Assembly: GCA_053919585.1 (NCBI GenBank)
Contig: CM132783.1
Length of the DNA stretch: 64,000 bases
Source of the DNA: Euprymna scolopes
Taxonomy: Eukaryota
Direction: 5' to 3' (one strand)
In this document: piece after piece, positions 63,185 through 64,000 of the stretch
Position numbering within the stretch: position 1 is the first letter of the stretch
Layout of the letters: each line of letters opens with the position of its first letter
Position numbers and translations under genes: made by a program
The notes under the pieces: model-generated
What the model saw: the letters and a program-made list of their open reading frames with translations, nothing else
Databases searched by the model: none
What the model was told of the DNA's origin: nothing

Positions 63185-63406
63185 AGTGGGTGACTATATT
63201 GCCAAGGACAACCCGAAAGCCCCCTTTTTAATGAGCTGCTACAATGACGTGATGGGAGGGTGTCGCTCTATTGCCAATTTATTCCACTTGCCCCTGATGC
63301 TTTCTTTATACTGCCAAGTGTTTAACATTTGAATGTCTTTGCTCTGACTAAATGGAGGATTGAACTCTGGTCTCCAGACCCATTAACAATCACTTGCAAT
63401 TATGTT
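63185..63406 (-). mobile_element. Old tRNA-derived SINE
   Basis: Minus strand head ...GGGTCTGGAGACCAGAGTTCAATCC (B box) followed by a body of about 170 bp; single decayed copy. Confidence 0.45.
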
Positions 63407-63684
63407 AAATAGATAGCAAGCGCATACAAGACGCGTGTAAAAATTAGTCAACGAAGATTGATATGACGTAAAACACAACTGATCATCCAATCAAAATGTT
63501 AACTTTTTCTTTTCGATTTCTCTTTCGCCCTTCTTTTCAGCTTTTCCCTTTATTTCTTTTATTTCCATGTTCCCTTTTCTGTTTTTGTATTCTCAACTTT
63601 TGCAAACGGTTTGTTGGCTGACATAGCTCTTGTGAGCTGCGACGTTGTTTGGCTGTGGAAATAGTTACATAATCTCTCACATTC

Positions 63685-63745
<61 letters not shown>

Positions 63746-64000
63746 TGATGATCATATTTATTGGCACGGTAAAATAAAAGTTAAATTTTGTCTAATAAAT
63801 TCTAAAAAAGGGATTAAATTAAAGAAAATAACAAAGTATATTATGTATTTTTAACTGGCCTTTTCGATGCAGCAATCGGATTTTAGAAAAAATAAATAAC
63901 AAAGGAACAACAAACATAATTGCAAAAAACCCTTGTTCAAAATTATTGGCACAGCTTTGTTTTTCTTTTAGTATCAGTATAATATCAATCAATTTCCGGT

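Noticed and set aside
659-63854. Most ORF-track entries (IYIY, ERER, THTH, SLSL runs and X-filled ORFs)
   Set aside because: They are translations of microsatellites, polypurine tracts or N gaps, not genes.

Overview
AT-rich eukaryotic (invertebrate-like) draft-assembly DNA with about 10 N-gaps, many (TA)n/(GA)n/(CA)n microsatellites and no confidently identifiable host protein-coding gene; nearly all ORF-track entries are microsatellite, gap or transposon artefacts. The window is a dense mosaic of mobile elements: a full-length but disrupted mariner (3931-5226), two copies of a second decayed mariner family, at least eight families of non-autonomous Helitron/Helentron-like elements (about 17 copies, often stacked end to end), 3' fragments of a CR1/Jockey-group LINE, R4/Dong-type RLE remnants, Penelope-like (PLE) fragments, two 5S-derived SINEs and tRNA-His/tRNA-Cys pseudogenes. 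The most notable signal is a set of short repeats in which a tRNA-derived Pol III promoter lies just upstream of a minimal type I hammerhead ribozyme. There are three apparently unrelated families with seven insertions, one of which has an intact catalytic core and a 283-nt ribozyme-to-ribozyme monomer. They occur alongside PLE remnants that could mobilise them, which suggests a retrozyme/SM-alpha-like system. A 2.2-kb element with a near-perfect 133-bp inverted repeat, a 34-aa repeat ORF and a tRNA-His copy is the other stand-out. All calls come from manual reading; no database searches were run.
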